DNA of 64,000 bases from Ancylonema sp. (GCA_050230475.1 JBFLGF010000039.1:1-64000); one strand, 5' to 3'; shown: positions 38,371 through 52,311, numbered from the stretch's first letter. Notes: generated from the sequence alone by a model not told the origin. Translations and numbers: made by a program.

Positions 38371-40573
38371 ATGGTGGTGAAATGTCTCGAGGTGACTGTC
38401 GGCTCCACGGCAGGGCTGAAGGAGAATAGAGCAAGCACAAGGAATGACCCTTTCGCCGTTGTTCGGCTGGGCGATGTCGAGTACCGGACGGATGCAGGCC
38501 GAGGAGCAACTTCCCGAGTTGTGTGGAACCATAGATTCTCGTTCTTGCTTCCCGAGGAGGATGAAGTCCCTAAGGTACAGACCTTGCCGTCAACTTGGGA
38601 AGGTTTACGCGTTATTTTCACGGAAGCTTGTCATTGCTTGTCGATGTCTGTCAACACAACAATCAAGGTTTGCGTGTATGAAGAGCGGGTCTGTCCTTCA
38701 TACCTGCCGATAGGAATCTTGTACACAGACTTTGACTAGGGTTTCCATCACCGAGGCTGGCAGTTGCAATGTCGGTTGGATACTAAAGACTGTGTTTCAG
38801 GCAGGCAGTTACGCGTACGTATCGGGTCTCGGGCTTGTCTCGGGCTTGCCGTCATCATGGACCGTTTATAACGGCGTCTCGTTTGCAGAAGTCTGACCTA
38901 TTACTCAGCCGCACATGTACTCTGACATTCCGTTACCCGCACCTAGCGTGTCCTGGCTGACGTGGCAGTTCCCTCTGTTCTCTTTGTCGTCCTTGCAGCA
39001 AGAGCTTGAGGTCGACATCTGGGACCACCAGGAAAACGGCGCCGACAAATTCATCGGATCCTGCAAAGTCAACCTCATGTGTGTCTACAGGAAGGGCGCT
39101 GCTGACGTGGTGCAAGCGGTGCACCGGCAGAGCGGGAAGCTTCTCGGCCACATCCGGTTCCACCTCTCTCTTCTAATCGAAGACGTGAACCACGAAACCC
39201 GCGACTCCCTCTCTCCCCCCTCCCTCACCGCTCTCCCTCAAGCAATTCGTATGCCGTCCCCTCCCCCCGCCGCCCAACCGCATCCCGCGCAGCAGGCCCG
39301 ACCGTCCTGGCCCGTCAAGCCAGAACCCTCCCATTGGCAAAACTCCCAGCAGCTCCAGCAGCAGCTCCAGCAGCAGCAGCAGCAGCAGCAGGCCAGGGTG
39401 GCAAAAAACGTCAATCCATCTCAACACCAATCCTCCACCGTTGATTTGCTGAAACAGATCCAGCTGGCCCTCCACGAAGCCCAACTCCTTCAGTTCCAGC
39501 AGCAACTGCAGCAGCAGCAGCAGCAGCTGCAGATGGAGCAGGAGCAGGCTGCTGCCTACGCCCGACACCACCAACTCCCCCCCCTCCAAAGGAAATCGAC
39601 CCCAACCATGCTGCCTCCCCTCCCCCCCCCCCGCCCAACCGCTTCCCCCGCCACCTTCCCGAGCCTCGCCGACACCAAACCGCTCCCCCCCCTCGCCCGT
39701 CAGACGGGGCCCACCCCCGTCCAGATGAAGAAAATGCTCAAACTCCCCCCCCTGAACCTCTCAGCAGTATCCGCCCCCCCCCCCCCCCCAGCCCCAACCG
39801 CCGCCCCAACCTTGTCGATCTCCGAGTCCCCACCCTCCCTCTTCACCTCCCCCTCCTCCACCTCCATGCTCTCCCCTGCCATCTGGTCCCCCCTTACCAA
39901 ATCCCCCAACCTGGCCGGGCTGGGCTCCCTCTTCTCCCCAACCTCCCCCTTCTTCAGTTCTTTCAGCAGCCTGAAGACGCCCAAGGAAGGATCCGCCAAT
40001 CTGGACGATCTGTCAACCCCCCTCGCCCCCCTTCCCAACCGACACACTACTGCCTTTTCGCCCGGAGGGAACTTCGATATGGCGGCTTTTGCCTCGTTTG
40101 CGTCCGGGTTCCCCTCGGCGAAGGGGGGGGGGTTGGGGGAGGGAGGGGGGAGGTGCGTAGTGCCGACATTCTCGCAGGAGAAAATCGTGGAGGCGCTGAG
40201 CCTTGCTTGCTGGGGGGGGGGGGGGGCGAAAGCGGAAGGGGGGAAGGGGCCTACCATCGAAATCCCGCCCCCTCCTGTGTCTACCACCTGCACTGTCACC
40301 AAGCCAACTGCAGCCATCCCCCCAACCCCGTCCTCTCCAGACATAGTGTTGTCTTCACCTGAGAAGACGCCTGACGTCAACATTGGGTCCTTGAACTCGG
40401 CATTCAGGAGTCGGAGTGTGTCCCCCAGGGTGGTCGATGTGGCGACAGGTGGCGAGGGGAAAGGGGTGAAAAGGAGCGCCGCAGAGGGGGGGTTTGACTT
40501 TGACTTGTCTACCCCCCGAGGGGAGGTCAGCCACGTGGCACCAATGCCCGAACCCAAGAAAGCTCGCGTCTAG
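38371..40573 (+). CDS. C2-domain protein with long P/Q/S-rich tail (592 aa, 2 exons)
   Basis: Exon 38371-38574 (LEVTV..NDPFAVVRLG..VWNHRFSF; AAG|GT) and exon 38999-40573 (CAG|; ELEVDIWDH..DKFIGSCKVNL..GHIRFHL), phase 0. Confidence 0.87.
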
Positions 40574-43568
40574 TCAGCGATTGCCCATTCTGTTGGTCAA
40601 AGCACGTGGCAATAGTCGAAGTCGAAGTCAAGGTCAGAGTCGCAGCTTTGGTGGTGCAAGATTGTGCCTATAAGAAAACTTGTCGAGGGAGGACAGTGCT
40701 AGTGACAACAAGATGCGGCACTCTTTCACATAGGATTGGTGATTATGAACAAGTAGACCAGTGTAGGTCTTGCAGGATTTTCCTTTGTTGTATCATATTG
40801 GGTTGGCGGTATGTGCATGTCACATTTGTAGGAATGTGGCTTAAGTTAGCAGGGCTTCCAGTTTTGGTTGATGGAAATAAAGAGTAGGCAAGTGACTGGG
40901 AGTGACTTCTACTCGAAGGTATGTCCTTGGCATGTTGTCTGCCAATAAAAGCCTCTCGCCATTAATTGGAGAGAGGTTTCCGTGTGTGTGTGTGGGAGAC
41001 ATGGAGAGAAGGACAATGTAGTTTCACATGGTAATAAGCGTATTTACTTGTTTTCCGAAAATGTTTTTCATTTCAAATGTCAACGTCTCTCCATCTTTGA
41101 ACTTCGGGGTGTTGATTTGCGTCTTTCCATGGTGGCGCAATGCAAGCAATCCAAGCCCAAACCACAAACAAACCCGAATGTCTGGAAGGACTTTTGATCG
41201 ATGTTTAAGGGCTACTAGATTCCAAAAAGAACATAGGAACGTGTAAAAACCAATTTTGATATAATTTAACAAGTGCTACTCTACCGCAACAAATTATACC
41301 AAACTCGAGCCTAAATAAATATCGAGTTGACTATTAACGTATTGTTGAGAAATTGCCAAAGGTGAAGTGTTGGTAAAGTAGAGTGTTCGTAAAGTGTTAG
41401 TAAAGTGTTCAACGGTTGTCTTTTTCCGAGACACAACTATACTGGACTCCGGATCGCCCAAGGAGTTGGCAGACGGATCCCGGATCCGGACACCTCCGCA
41501 AACATGTGCTTCACGAAAACGAGTATAATGCTGAATAGAATACACAAAAATGTGTGTCTTGCAGCTCCCCTCCCCCCTTTTGGTTCTAGACTGTCTAGGA
41601 ATCTAGAAATCGGTTCTGATTGGGTACCGACCTAGTGGTCCGTGACTCAACTACAGGCACAACCTGACAAAGATGGGTCATTGACAAATAACCAATGGCT
41701 ATGTGCCATGAAATGTTGTTGCACGCATGACATAAAGTAACCAGTAACTAGAAATAATAATGTGCATTCCAAAGATTTCGCGCCACGCCCACCTTACCTC
41801 AACAATTGTTGCCGGGCATTCAACCCGATCTTCAACCCGGACGGACCGCGGTCCAAAAATCGAATGAGGCCGGCCCACAAACTACGGCGTAAATATTCAA
41901 TGCAAATGTAGGCACGACTGCCATTGTTGCTTTGTGTGGTTTTACTTTCCAAATTTATGCAGCGCAAAGCGCGTCCACACATCGGCACTATTACACTTCT
42001 CTCTCGCATTCATGTCGCTAGGTTGCTCCTATTAAACCCCGAAATGGCAACAATATCCCGGATCCTTTTCCGGGTGTCACTGTAAAAGAGGTATCTTATT
42101 GGGACATAACGGGAAAGATTAAATAGTTCTCTATTCCCAAGTATTACCATGACGGCCAATTATGAATACGGGGTATGCCTGATTATCTCTCCAAACAACA
42201 AGGATGCGAAAAAGGTCATGTTATTCGACAACATTTGTTCAAGAACCGCTTTTGTAGTGGGTCGTTATGACTCAATTTCAACCCAAAAACGCCATGCTTA
42301 CATGTGAAGCATCAAAATTGCACCGTTACAATAGGATCCTACATGCATATGCAAGACATGCGTGTCGGCGCATCAACCCAATATTTGAGTGCGAAATTGC
42401 CATCTGGGTGGATGTATGTGCGCACACGGTCTATCATGTGAGCTATGTAGGACCACTAGATACCGAGGAATTTAGATAAACCAAATAACATTAGTTATTC
42501 AAGGTCAATATCTACTTTAGTTGCAGGTAAAATGGAGTGGGGTCGAGGTTGGGGACCGGGGTTATTGTTTTAGGCCCGGAGAACGGTTTGGGAGACCGAG
42601 ATGTCAACAACTTCTGAGATTTCTTCCTTCGCTTTCTAGGAAACTTTCGGTGTCACATGTTTCATTGTATAGCATATGAATAACCTGTTTTATGTTGTCA
42701 TGTATCATTTCGTACAACAAACTTTCAAACATAACATGTTCCGCGGCCAAGAATGCAGCAATGTTAAGCAAGCTTCTTATACGGCACACTTCTTCAAAAA
42801 TTTGCAACGTTCTTGATAAACACATGTGGATCATTTGAACTAATTATCTCATTTCCAACTGCATATGCATGGTATCGCCGGGATATTGTTTGAGGTTTCT
42901 TGCCACAGTCGGGATAACGCGTGGTAACGCCAATACTTTAGTATGTGAACTATTCTTTCGAGCCCGGATGTTTCCACCCTTATCCCAACCATTTGGGTGA
43001 AGGTGCCTTGTCCGTGCTTAAGTCGAATTTTATGTGGCAGGATCTCGAATTGCCTCGTATTTCGTCTGGAATCCGAGTGCTTTGCTGAGATTCCGACTGC
43101 TTCAAGCGTCGGCGGCAATGTAGGAACATTCAAATCACTTTGGAGCACATCGAGTGCCATATAATCTTGACTCACAAGACTTGCGGGGGCATCGCCTTCG
43201 GCAAGGTATGTCCATTTCCGACTCGTTCCATTTTCCGTGTACAGGGTGTGCCACACGTGTTGGATAGGCATACAGCCATATCTCATTTCCCTTAGCCTTA
43301 GCAACCATAGTCGCACCATTTATCATCACTAGTCATTATAAGTCATCAAAACTCATCATTAATCATTTTTAGTCACCATGCATCATCATAAGTCACTGTT
43401 AGTCATCATGGGTAATCATCAGTCATCATGAATCATCGTTAGTCATCATCAATCATTAATCATCAATCATCAATCACCAATCATAGTTTCTTCTCATTTT
43501 GTCATGCAATCCACGACAGGTACCTCATCCACACATCACAATAAAATAAAAACCGCGCCCATCTCCAT

Positions 43569-46500
43569 TCAATACACGGGGAAGTCTCTATCAACCACAG
43601 CCGACCATTCTACCAGCCCCCCCGTCACGTCTCTCACCTCCTCCCCTATTCCGCTCCTCAACAACTTTTGCACAGCCCTCTGGGAATCATTCCCCCGGCG
43701 ACAGATCACAAAAATAGGACACCCCCCCCCCCCGCCTTCTCCATCCCCTCCTCTCCCCCCTCCCCCCCACTCTTTGCTCCCCTCTTCCCTCCCCCACTCC
43801 CCCTCCCTCTCTCCCTCTCCCGCCCCCTCCCCCTCCCGCTCCCCCACCCCCACCCCTAACCCCACCCCCGACTCCGAACCCCCCTTTCGCATTGCAACGA
43901 CCGCGTTTGTGATTTCGCTCCTTCTTCCATCCAATTTTGTGAGGGGGATGTTTAGGGAGGAGGGGAGGGAGGCGATGGCGAACTCGTGGGCGGGTCGGAC
44001 GTCGAGGAGGAGGTGGGGGCGGGGGCGGGGGCGGGAGGAGAGGAGGGCGGAGTAGTCTTGTACGGAAATGGAGTGTGTGGAATGAAGGAGGTGTAGACGC
44101 GGTTTGGGCTGATAAGAAGTGGGGAAGTTGTGAGGGGAATCACTGCGATCTTGTCGAGAAAGGCCACCAAGCTCATATATGGATGGAGGAAAAACAATCG
44201 AGCAAAGAAAAAAAAGGAAGCCAAAAAAGTTTACTTGGAAATAGAAACAAAATTACCTAGAAATTAGTATTGATTCTACACGTAGATATGAAAGAAGGCT
44301 CTATATTTCTTTCTATAAACCCTCCCCTTTCTGTCCCTTCCTTATTCCTTTATCCCTTTATCCCTTTATCCTTCCATCCTTTTATCACTTTATCCCTTTA
44401 TCCCTTCATCTCTTTATCTCTTTGTCCCTTTATCCCTTTTACCCTTCATCCCTTTATCCCTTCATCCCTTTCTCCCTTTATCTTTTTATCTCTTTGTCCT
44501 TTTATCCCTTTTACCCTTCATCCCTTTATCCCTTCATCCCTTTATCCCTTCTCCTTTTATCCCTTCATCCTTTTACCCTTCATCCCTTCATCCCTTCATC
44601 CTTTTATCCCTTTATCCTTTTATCCCTTTATCCAGCTGTCACCTTATCATTGGAGGGTTGTTTCGTGAACAGTTCATAATCGAAGCGAGGCAAAGATGAT
44701 GACGTCATCGTTGGGTTTGTACCGCACGCTGCGCACCCTTCCACCTTTCCGCGAAGTTTCACCTGACCCCCCGCCCACCACCAACCGAGACCCGTTTTCA
44801 GGATCACGATGAAAATACACGAGTACTACGGTGTGTATTTTTACAGTTTATAGCAAAGCTTGCCTAACAAAACAAACCCGAGAGATGAAACACATACACA
44901 GAAAAACACACACACACGCACACACACATGAGCAAGGAAAGTATTTATATGCATCATGGGAAAAATAAAGAACTAAAAGTTGTGCCTCTATTGCCGCATT
45001 GCCAGGTCAAGGTTCAAGCAACCCAATCGTGTAACCTGGCAATATTTTATAAAAGAGTGTAATCTTAAGAACTCTGAGCTTCCAACAATTAACGAGAGCA
45101 AGCAAAGAATTGATATAAACCCATAAGTGAACTAATAGACAAACTAAGAGACACCATTTAGCAGTGACTAGAGAAACCTTATCATGTCTGGCAGGAAAAC
45201 ATATGATAGGTGATTAGGAGAAGATGGTTTTTAGGCATAGTCAGCGGGAAGAAAGAACAGAAGGCACTCCTCTTCTGCCCAAACCTGTCTGCAACAGGCA
45301 GCAGAGGGGAGTAGAGTGCGTAGGAATTGACAGGATGGGAATGATCTCATGTTATGACTCGTTATTACTGGTTAGAACTCACATTTCTCATCTTTCCACC
45401 CAATTACTACTTGTTATTACCCGTTAGTACTTGTTCGTACTTGTTAGTACTTGTTAGTGCTTGTTATTACTTGTTCTTACTCGTTACTATTTGTTATTAC
45501 TTGTTCTTACTCGGTCTTATCCCTTGTTGGTATTACTTCTCATTGTTACTTATCACCACTTGTTATTCCTTCTTATTGATCGTTTCTACTTGCTATTATT
45601 ACTACTTCATCTTATTCCCCGTCCTTCCTTCCTTGCCCTTACCGTGGTCACTCTAGACGTTTCCGCATCGAATATCATGAGGCGTTGGGTGAGTGGAGTC
45701 CCCCATCCCGTCAGGATCTTGAGTGCCTCTAGGGCTTGGAAGCACCCGATCACTCCAGGCACTGCCAGGGAGAGAAGAGAAGGGGGAGAAGGAGAGGAAA
45801 GGAAAAGAAAGAGGGCCGATTGAAAAGCGCACTTTAGGGGCACACTTTTGGCACTTTTCGGGCCTTTTGTGGGTTTTTTAGGGGCACACTTTACGAACGC
45901 TTTAGAGACGTAACTAGGCACCCCTTCCTGAAGGCGATGCAATGAGAGAAGTGCGTTGATGGTTTTCAAAAGGTTGCAGCAGAAAAGGCACAGGTTTAAA
46001 ACATACTCGATACCGAGAAGGTGACAATGGAGAGGGAAGACTGGATATGGGATACGACTCAGGAAGTACTGATGAGAGGGAAGCAAAGTAATGAAATGTG
46101 GTATGACGGAAGAAGAGAAGCAATGCGGGTAGTGATAAGGATACAAAGAAGAAGAACAAGGAAATGACGAAGAACTGTACGACAATAGTAATGGGAAACA
46201 AACTGTAAATAAAAACAAAGAAAACAACAAAAAGAAGACGAGAATTTTTTTTTAGAAAAATGATGCGACTCACCCACTCCCACCACCCCGTCGTCTGCGC
46301 ATGTTTGACACGCCGCCGGTGGGGGGGGGGAGGGATGCAGGCAGCGGTAGCACGGGCCGCCCTCGTAGCAGTACACGCTCAGCTGAAAAAGGGGGGGACA
46401 CGTCAGCGCCACGTCAGCGCCACGTCAGCAGTCTTGGAACGGTATGAAATGGCGCAGCGCTCCTGTGTAGTGGAGGGGAGGGTGGAGGTTGGTGACCTGG

Positions 46501-49500
46501 CCATCACTGCCCAGAGCTGCTCCCGATATAAGGGGCTGCCACGAAACAAAGAGAAAATAAGAGAGGGAGGATGAAGGAGAAGAAGAGACAGATGTGTATG
46601 ATGAGAACAAGAGACATGATTTGGGAGAAAAGAAAAAGAAAATAAAGAAACAACCAACTGTAACAACATACATTGTATAACACAAAACTTCAAGCTTCAA
46701 GCTTCAACGACATTTGATTTCAAAAGCTTATCAAATAGGAAAGTACGGGCTTCAACTTCGTTTGTCCTTTGTAGACGAGGAGAAGTTACGGTTTCTTGGA
46801 AGAGTGAAAGGAACCAACAACCAAAAAAATGCATTTGTTTCCCTCCCTTCCTCCTCCCTCCCCCCCCTCCCCCCACCTTCCCATTCACGGCACACGCGTC
46901 GCTGACGAGGTACCTTGTGGCCACGTTGTCGCTCGCATCCACCACCAACGAGTAACTGCACGTGGCAGGGATGGACAGGTGGAATGAACAGAGGCCAACA
47001 CAGTATAGCGTATGTTCCATGCACCTGACCCCCCCCTCTTACTTTTCCACGAGGTCGAGGGCGTTCTGTGGGGTGAAGCCGTGGAGGTGAGGTTCGAGGA
47101 GGATGGAGGAATTCAGACTGCACTCAGGGGGAGAGGAGAGGGAAACCGGTTGACTTTGACCGTTGACCGTTGACCGCTGACTTTCCCTCTGACGGAGTTG
47201 ACCAGGTGCGGTTTCTGCCTCCCCACCGAATTATAACAGTCTGCGCGAGTGTTTATCTTTTAACTTTTATTTTTATATCACAGGTAGGCTACGGATGGGA
47301 GGGAGTATGGAGTGCCTGCAGAAGGGGGGGGGGGCAGCGGGGGGGGGAACCCTGGAAAAAAACACTCACGCTCTACAGGCCGCAGCTGCTGACGTGGCCT
47401 TGTGTTGCCCAACAGAAGACTCTGTGTGAATCACCTGATGACAGAACCATTCCAGACCGTCCAACGATGAGAAGGAGGAGATGGGAACCCTACACCCTAA
47501 TTCCTCAATCATGTTATCAGGACATCGAATCCTGAACTCGAAACGCGGAAGCTTTCGCCCAACTTAAAATTCTCAAAAATCTCAGATATAATTTTACAAA
47601 AAAAAAAAAAACAAAAAAAAAAAAGTTCCCCTACCTGTCGGTGCAGATTGCTGACATCCACTTCGTCTCGATCCACGATACCAAGCCGACCTGAAGGGGG
47701 GAAATAATAAGAGTGAAAGACAAAACGAAACAAAAAATCAGAGAAACAGTACTGTCAGTCGTTGCACGGTTGCTGACACTTCCTTTTTCTTTGCTTCCGT
47801 GTTTGATCCCATTCCATATTTCATGTTCCAACTTTTTGTTTTTGATCGGTTGCGCCCCTTCTCAGAAACCAGTGCCACCTGTTGTTCTCCCCCGTCTCAT
47901 TCGCAACCGAGGATGTTTTTAATGCAATCCAATTTCTGTGAACATACATAGAAACAGATGTAGAGACACATAGTAGTGCATGCAGGAATACTGATGATGA
48001 TATGCAGGAATATATAGAAAAAGACGGAATGATACTGATTATAACGAAAGATGTAGAGCTAAATAATCTTTTACAGAAATATAGAGAAAGATACCGATGA
48101 TATACTCAAAGGAATAGAGAAATACAGAGATGTACAGGAATATATAGAGATGTACAGGAATATAGAGATACTTGTGATGAACGGAAACATAAGAGAATAT
48201 AGAGATGTACAGGGATATATAGAGATAAAAGAGGAATACATAGAGATGTCTAGAGTGATGTCGAGATACATAGAGATGTCTAGTATCTATAGATGATGAG
48301 AGTACATATAGTCCGATGATGAGTGTGTATATAGAATGATGTATAGTGATGAAGGGATACATAGAGATGTAGAGAGATACTTATGATGTACAGCCATACT
48401 GATGGTACTGTTCAAGTGCCATTCTTTTGGTGTGTACCGATTCCTGCCGCTGCCAAATAGAGGGCTGCAGGAGCCCCCAGCCCACCCGCGCCGATGATGA
48501 GGACGGAGGAAGAGGAGAGGCGGGACTGACCTGAAGCAAACAAATGAGGCTGTTAGGGTTCTGTGTTGGTTTGGTTTCCCTTTCATTTGTATTTTTACAA
48601 ATGAAATCTCTTTTGTTTTATTGTGCACAGAAAAGATGGCACAAAAAGAACTTTCTTTCCTTCTTTCCTTTGTTCTGTCTTTCTTTATTTCTTCTATGAT
48701 TATTCTCTTTCCTTCAATTTGATGCGACAAATTTTTTGGCACATGTGTTCACTTTCACTCTCCGATCCTATGAAAGTTATGAGACACGCGTCGTACTTTG
48801 GACACGTGTTATACTTTGAACACGTGTCATACTTTGGATACGTGCCTTACTTAGGACACGTGTATGAATTAGCAACCGACCAATTTTCTGACGAGTGAGC
48901 CAATTGAAGGAGTGTGAGTAGCAGGCACGAAATGAGGAGACAAAGAAATAGCAGTATTTTTTTAGGCGAAAGTCAACAGAAAGTGAACACACAGGAGTTT
49001 CCCAAACATTCTCTTTTCCTCACCCCAGACAGAAAAAAAATGCTGACTTGCAAACTGTTTCTGTCACACTTTCTCTTTCTCTTCTCTCCTTCTTCGCAAG
49101 TCAGTACGGCCGTACATTTCTGTACCGCTGTCCAGTTTCTGTACGGGTGGAAGGTGCACGGCTGTATAATTATGCACAGCCGGTGAACCAATTCTCCTCC
49201 CCAGACCAATCGTATCAGTGCCTAGCCTTTCAGAAAATTAAAATCGCAGCTTTGGAGAATCTCACCCATCACTCCGAATCTGGGAACCAACAATTGCCGG
49301 CTGTAGCGCGCCACGTCAGCAGCCGAGAGGCCATGGCCAGCGCTGTCCCACCCTCGAGGCTCCACCCCGCCCGCCCGATCGGCACCACCTCCGGCGTTGG
49401 TGTTCTGATCGGTGGAATCTACGGTTATGCTTAGTCGCCCGTCTAGTTCAGTGATTCGCCGGCTGATTGCATCCTTGTCAGCATACAGCTTGCGCAGTTC

Positions 49501-49554
49501 CTGCCTCAATCCTCCGTTCGCGTCACCATCCACATTTTCCACTACCGGTTTCAT
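43569..49554 (-). CDS. MOCS3: Adenylyltransferase and sulfurtransferase MOCS3/UBA4/CNX5 (527 aa, 11 exons)
   Basis: Exons 49554-49266, 48530-48438, 47690-47635, 47434-47370, 47117-47043, 46955-46877, 46535-46497, 46382-46274, 45761-45643, 44762-44643, 44108-43569; all GT-AG and in phase. Motifs RYSRQL, GAGGLG, SNLHRQ, DASDN, PCYRC, CAACG, rhodanese CRRGNDS, C-terminus DFPVY. Confidence 0.96.
44340..44632 (+). repeat. Degenerate (CCTTTATC)n minisatellite in the last MOCS3 intron
   Basis: Tandem tttatccc/ttcatccc units. Confidence 0.9.
48040..48390 (+). repeat. Degenerate TAGAGATG(TACAGG) minisatellite in MOCS3 intron 2
   Basis: Recurrent tagagatgta/c units. Confidence 0.7.
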
Positions 49555-49920
49555 ACTTCTACTCTCCGCCTGCCACAGGAATGATTGAAACAACGATATT
49601 TTTTTATCAATCCAGCATTGCGGAATGTATGGGGTAGAAAATGGAGTGATTGGGCGCGGGACAAGAGGAGCCCGGATTTTTTCTCGTCAATCTCAGGGAA
49701 TCTCTGTTGAGGGTGATTCCCACCAGCTCATGGCAAGCCTAACAGGCAGGTTAGACAGCCCAATGAGGCGGACTCATTCCAGGGCTGTTTGGGGCACATC
49801 CGATCCTGATCCGACGGTCCGGTTAAGGTTGTCGTGTGCGGAAATGCCCGGTCTTTCGCAAACATCTATCTGTCTTGTTGAATTGGATCATATTTTTATT
49901 TGTCAGGTCTTGGAACATAT

Positions 49921-49994
49921 GCTGGATTAGCTCAGTTGGCTAGAGCGTAAGACTGTTAATCTTAAGGTCGATGGTTCGACCCCATCATTCAGCG
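49921..49994 (+). tRNA. tRNA-Asn (GTT)
   Basis: Acceptor stem GCTGGAT/ATTCAGC, D arm GCTC..GAGC with A box TAGCTCAGTTGG, anticodon arm TAAGA-CT-GTT-AA-TCTTA, T arm GATGG-TTCGACC-CCATC, followed by a T-run terminator. Confidence 0.96.
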
Positions 49995-50689
49995 TCCATT
50001 TTGACGACTTCCACCAAAATTGGCATTGAGAGATCTGGTGTTTTCGGGATAAAAACAATCATAGCAGACCTTTCTAAGACATGAAAGGAGCGCGGGGTTT
50101 CAAAATGTACATATCGACAAATTAGCGGTACTTTTCATACGTGATGTGTATCCGTTGGCCAATGGTCTGGGAGGTTAAAACCTCGATTCTCAAAGGCCGA
50201 TGAGAATCGGGAGCCTGAGAGGCCTCGCTGACACGCGAGTACGTACGGATGGTACGATAAATTCGTGCGAGACGAATCTTGCGAGATATATGCGAAACGA
50301 GTTTTATATAGTGAAGGACTCTTCTTATGATTTTGATAGGTTTGTCTCTTCTGTGTACATTTTAGGAGTTGGAAATGACGTCGTCTGTTGTTTCCTCGAT
50401 TAGAGAGAGTACTTGCGACCCGGCAATTTTGAGAAAATTTACCAGCAAGGCCGCTGCGAATATGCAACAAGTAGTCAACGTTCTTGGATGTAATGACTTT
50501 GAGAAGCAAGATAGCGCACCCACATCGCGGTCCGCATCTATTTTTATCGTAGCCACGACATATTCAGCTGGCGCTAGCCTGGATCTAAGGTTCTCCGTGG
50601 AGCACCTTTGACATCCGGACCCTCTCTTCTCGAGTGTTGAGTACCCTTATAGAAGCAACTGAGTGTGTGTTGCAGACATGGAACAACAA

Positions 50690-51960
50690 GCCCATCTAGA
50701 GTTTAGAGACCGAAGATCCGAGGAGGCTGTTGGATGGAGACGAATCAAACGCTAGCATAGGGGCCCGGGTTGGGGAGGGGTTGGTGAAGAAAGTAGTCGA
50801 ATTTGTAGAGTGTGGAAATGTGGTGCCAAAGAAGTTCAGACACTTCCTGGTCTGAAGAGCTTGGTACTGAAATGGGTGCCATCCCCTCTGTATTGATACC
50901 GCTGACGTGGCAGTAGTTGCCAAAATGTTGTTTGGGGAAGAGGTGGCGGGGAACATTGGGTTGGGAAATGCGGGGGAGTACTTGCAAGTGGGGAAGGGGG
51001 AGGAGGAGGGGGTTGGGGGGGGGGAGATTGAGTATGAGAATGTGTATTTTGCTTTCTGTTCTTTTCTGTCGACTAATGTGAGAATCGGATTCACCAAAGT
51101 CTTTTCAGAGCAGGAAAGTGAAGTAGACGTGATGGAAACTGCTCCCCTCCCCTTGTCCGCTTGTTCCCCCCTTCCCCAGTTACCCTTACATCCCCCTTTC
51201 CTCTCCCCCCCTTCCTCCCAGTCCAACCCATTTGGGCCATCGCCCTCCTGGCAACGGGTCCGTCCACCACCATGAAGGGAACGTACGCGGGGCAGGTTGG
51301 GACCTCGACGGGCTTACCACTGGGCTCAACGTGCTTGAGTCGCAAAAGTGAGGGGGGGGGGGTTGACTAATCATACAGTCCTACAATTCTGTGCCCTGCT
51401 TCCCTCCACTTGCCCGTCCAACCAGGGTTGTAACCAGGGTTCTAACCAGGGTTCCCGTTCCCTCTTGCTGCCAGTTGGTGGCGTGGGCGGTGACGTCATC
51501 ATCTTGTACCTCCTCTTTGACTTTGCAAAAACGCACCTGCCGCACTCACCAACCAAGTCATCACGCTATGGTACAGGTTTGAAGGAACAGTGGTGCCTCC
51601 CTGATTTGATATATTATATCAAATCAGGGATATGATTAGGGATAGGATTTATATAGTGTAGGGACGACCGGAAGAGGAATGGGATTTAATCAAATAAGAT
51701 AATTAGTTGTATATTATGCGTTATATTATGTATACAGAACCTCCCCATCCACATAGCCCTTCGTCATCTCGCCTTCACCGCATATCTCGCTGGGGGCCCC
51801 GCTGCGGACGAAAGAATGTGGGCGGCACCCTGGCGCAGGTGGGGATGGGGAGCAGTTTAGGGTCTACGATTTTGCGCCCTACCTCTTTGACGCACATGTT
51901 GTTAGGTCGCTTGCCGCATGTTGTGATTGACAAGCTCGCATAGTTGTGTTCGATCATCAT
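50690..51960 (+). other. Possible degenerate coding remnant, unidentified
   Basis: Long + frame (~50700-51275) interrupted by two TGA codons, coding-like composition, no recognisable motif. Confidence 0.25.
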
Positions 51961-52311
51961 GTTTATTTGGGGGGGAGGGGAGGGAGGAGTGAGTACCTTT
52001 CGGGTCTTCTGAATGCCGTTTCCTTTTTCTATTTTGATGGATGATCGGAAGATTGAATCAAAACTTTCAGACCATATCCGGGCCGGCTGCGGTTGTAATA
52101 TGGCATTTGTGCCATTTGTTTTGCCCGCTTCGGTTTCTCAAATTTGGATCGCGGCCTCAACATCGCGTCGCCGCTCAGGTCTCCCCTTGTGAGCGACGAC
52201 TTAGAAGCATAGAGCACCCAGCATAATGTGTGATGAGTCCAAATGGGTGGAACTTCCCACCCCTTGCGTCAAATATTATTTCTAGTTCCTTGGTTGTGTG
52301 ACACTAGGGTG

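Noticed and set aside
39700..40557. 285-aa antisense ORF over the C2 gene
   Set aside because: Shadow ORF of GC-rich low-complexity coding sequence.
44340..44632. Interstitial telomere array
   Set aside because: The unit TTTATCCC/GGGATAAA is not TTTAGGG-type and is degenerate and intronic.
50696..51275. Selenoprotein or recoded TGA readthrough
   Set aside because: No redox motif or SECIS recognised; decay is the simpler explanation.
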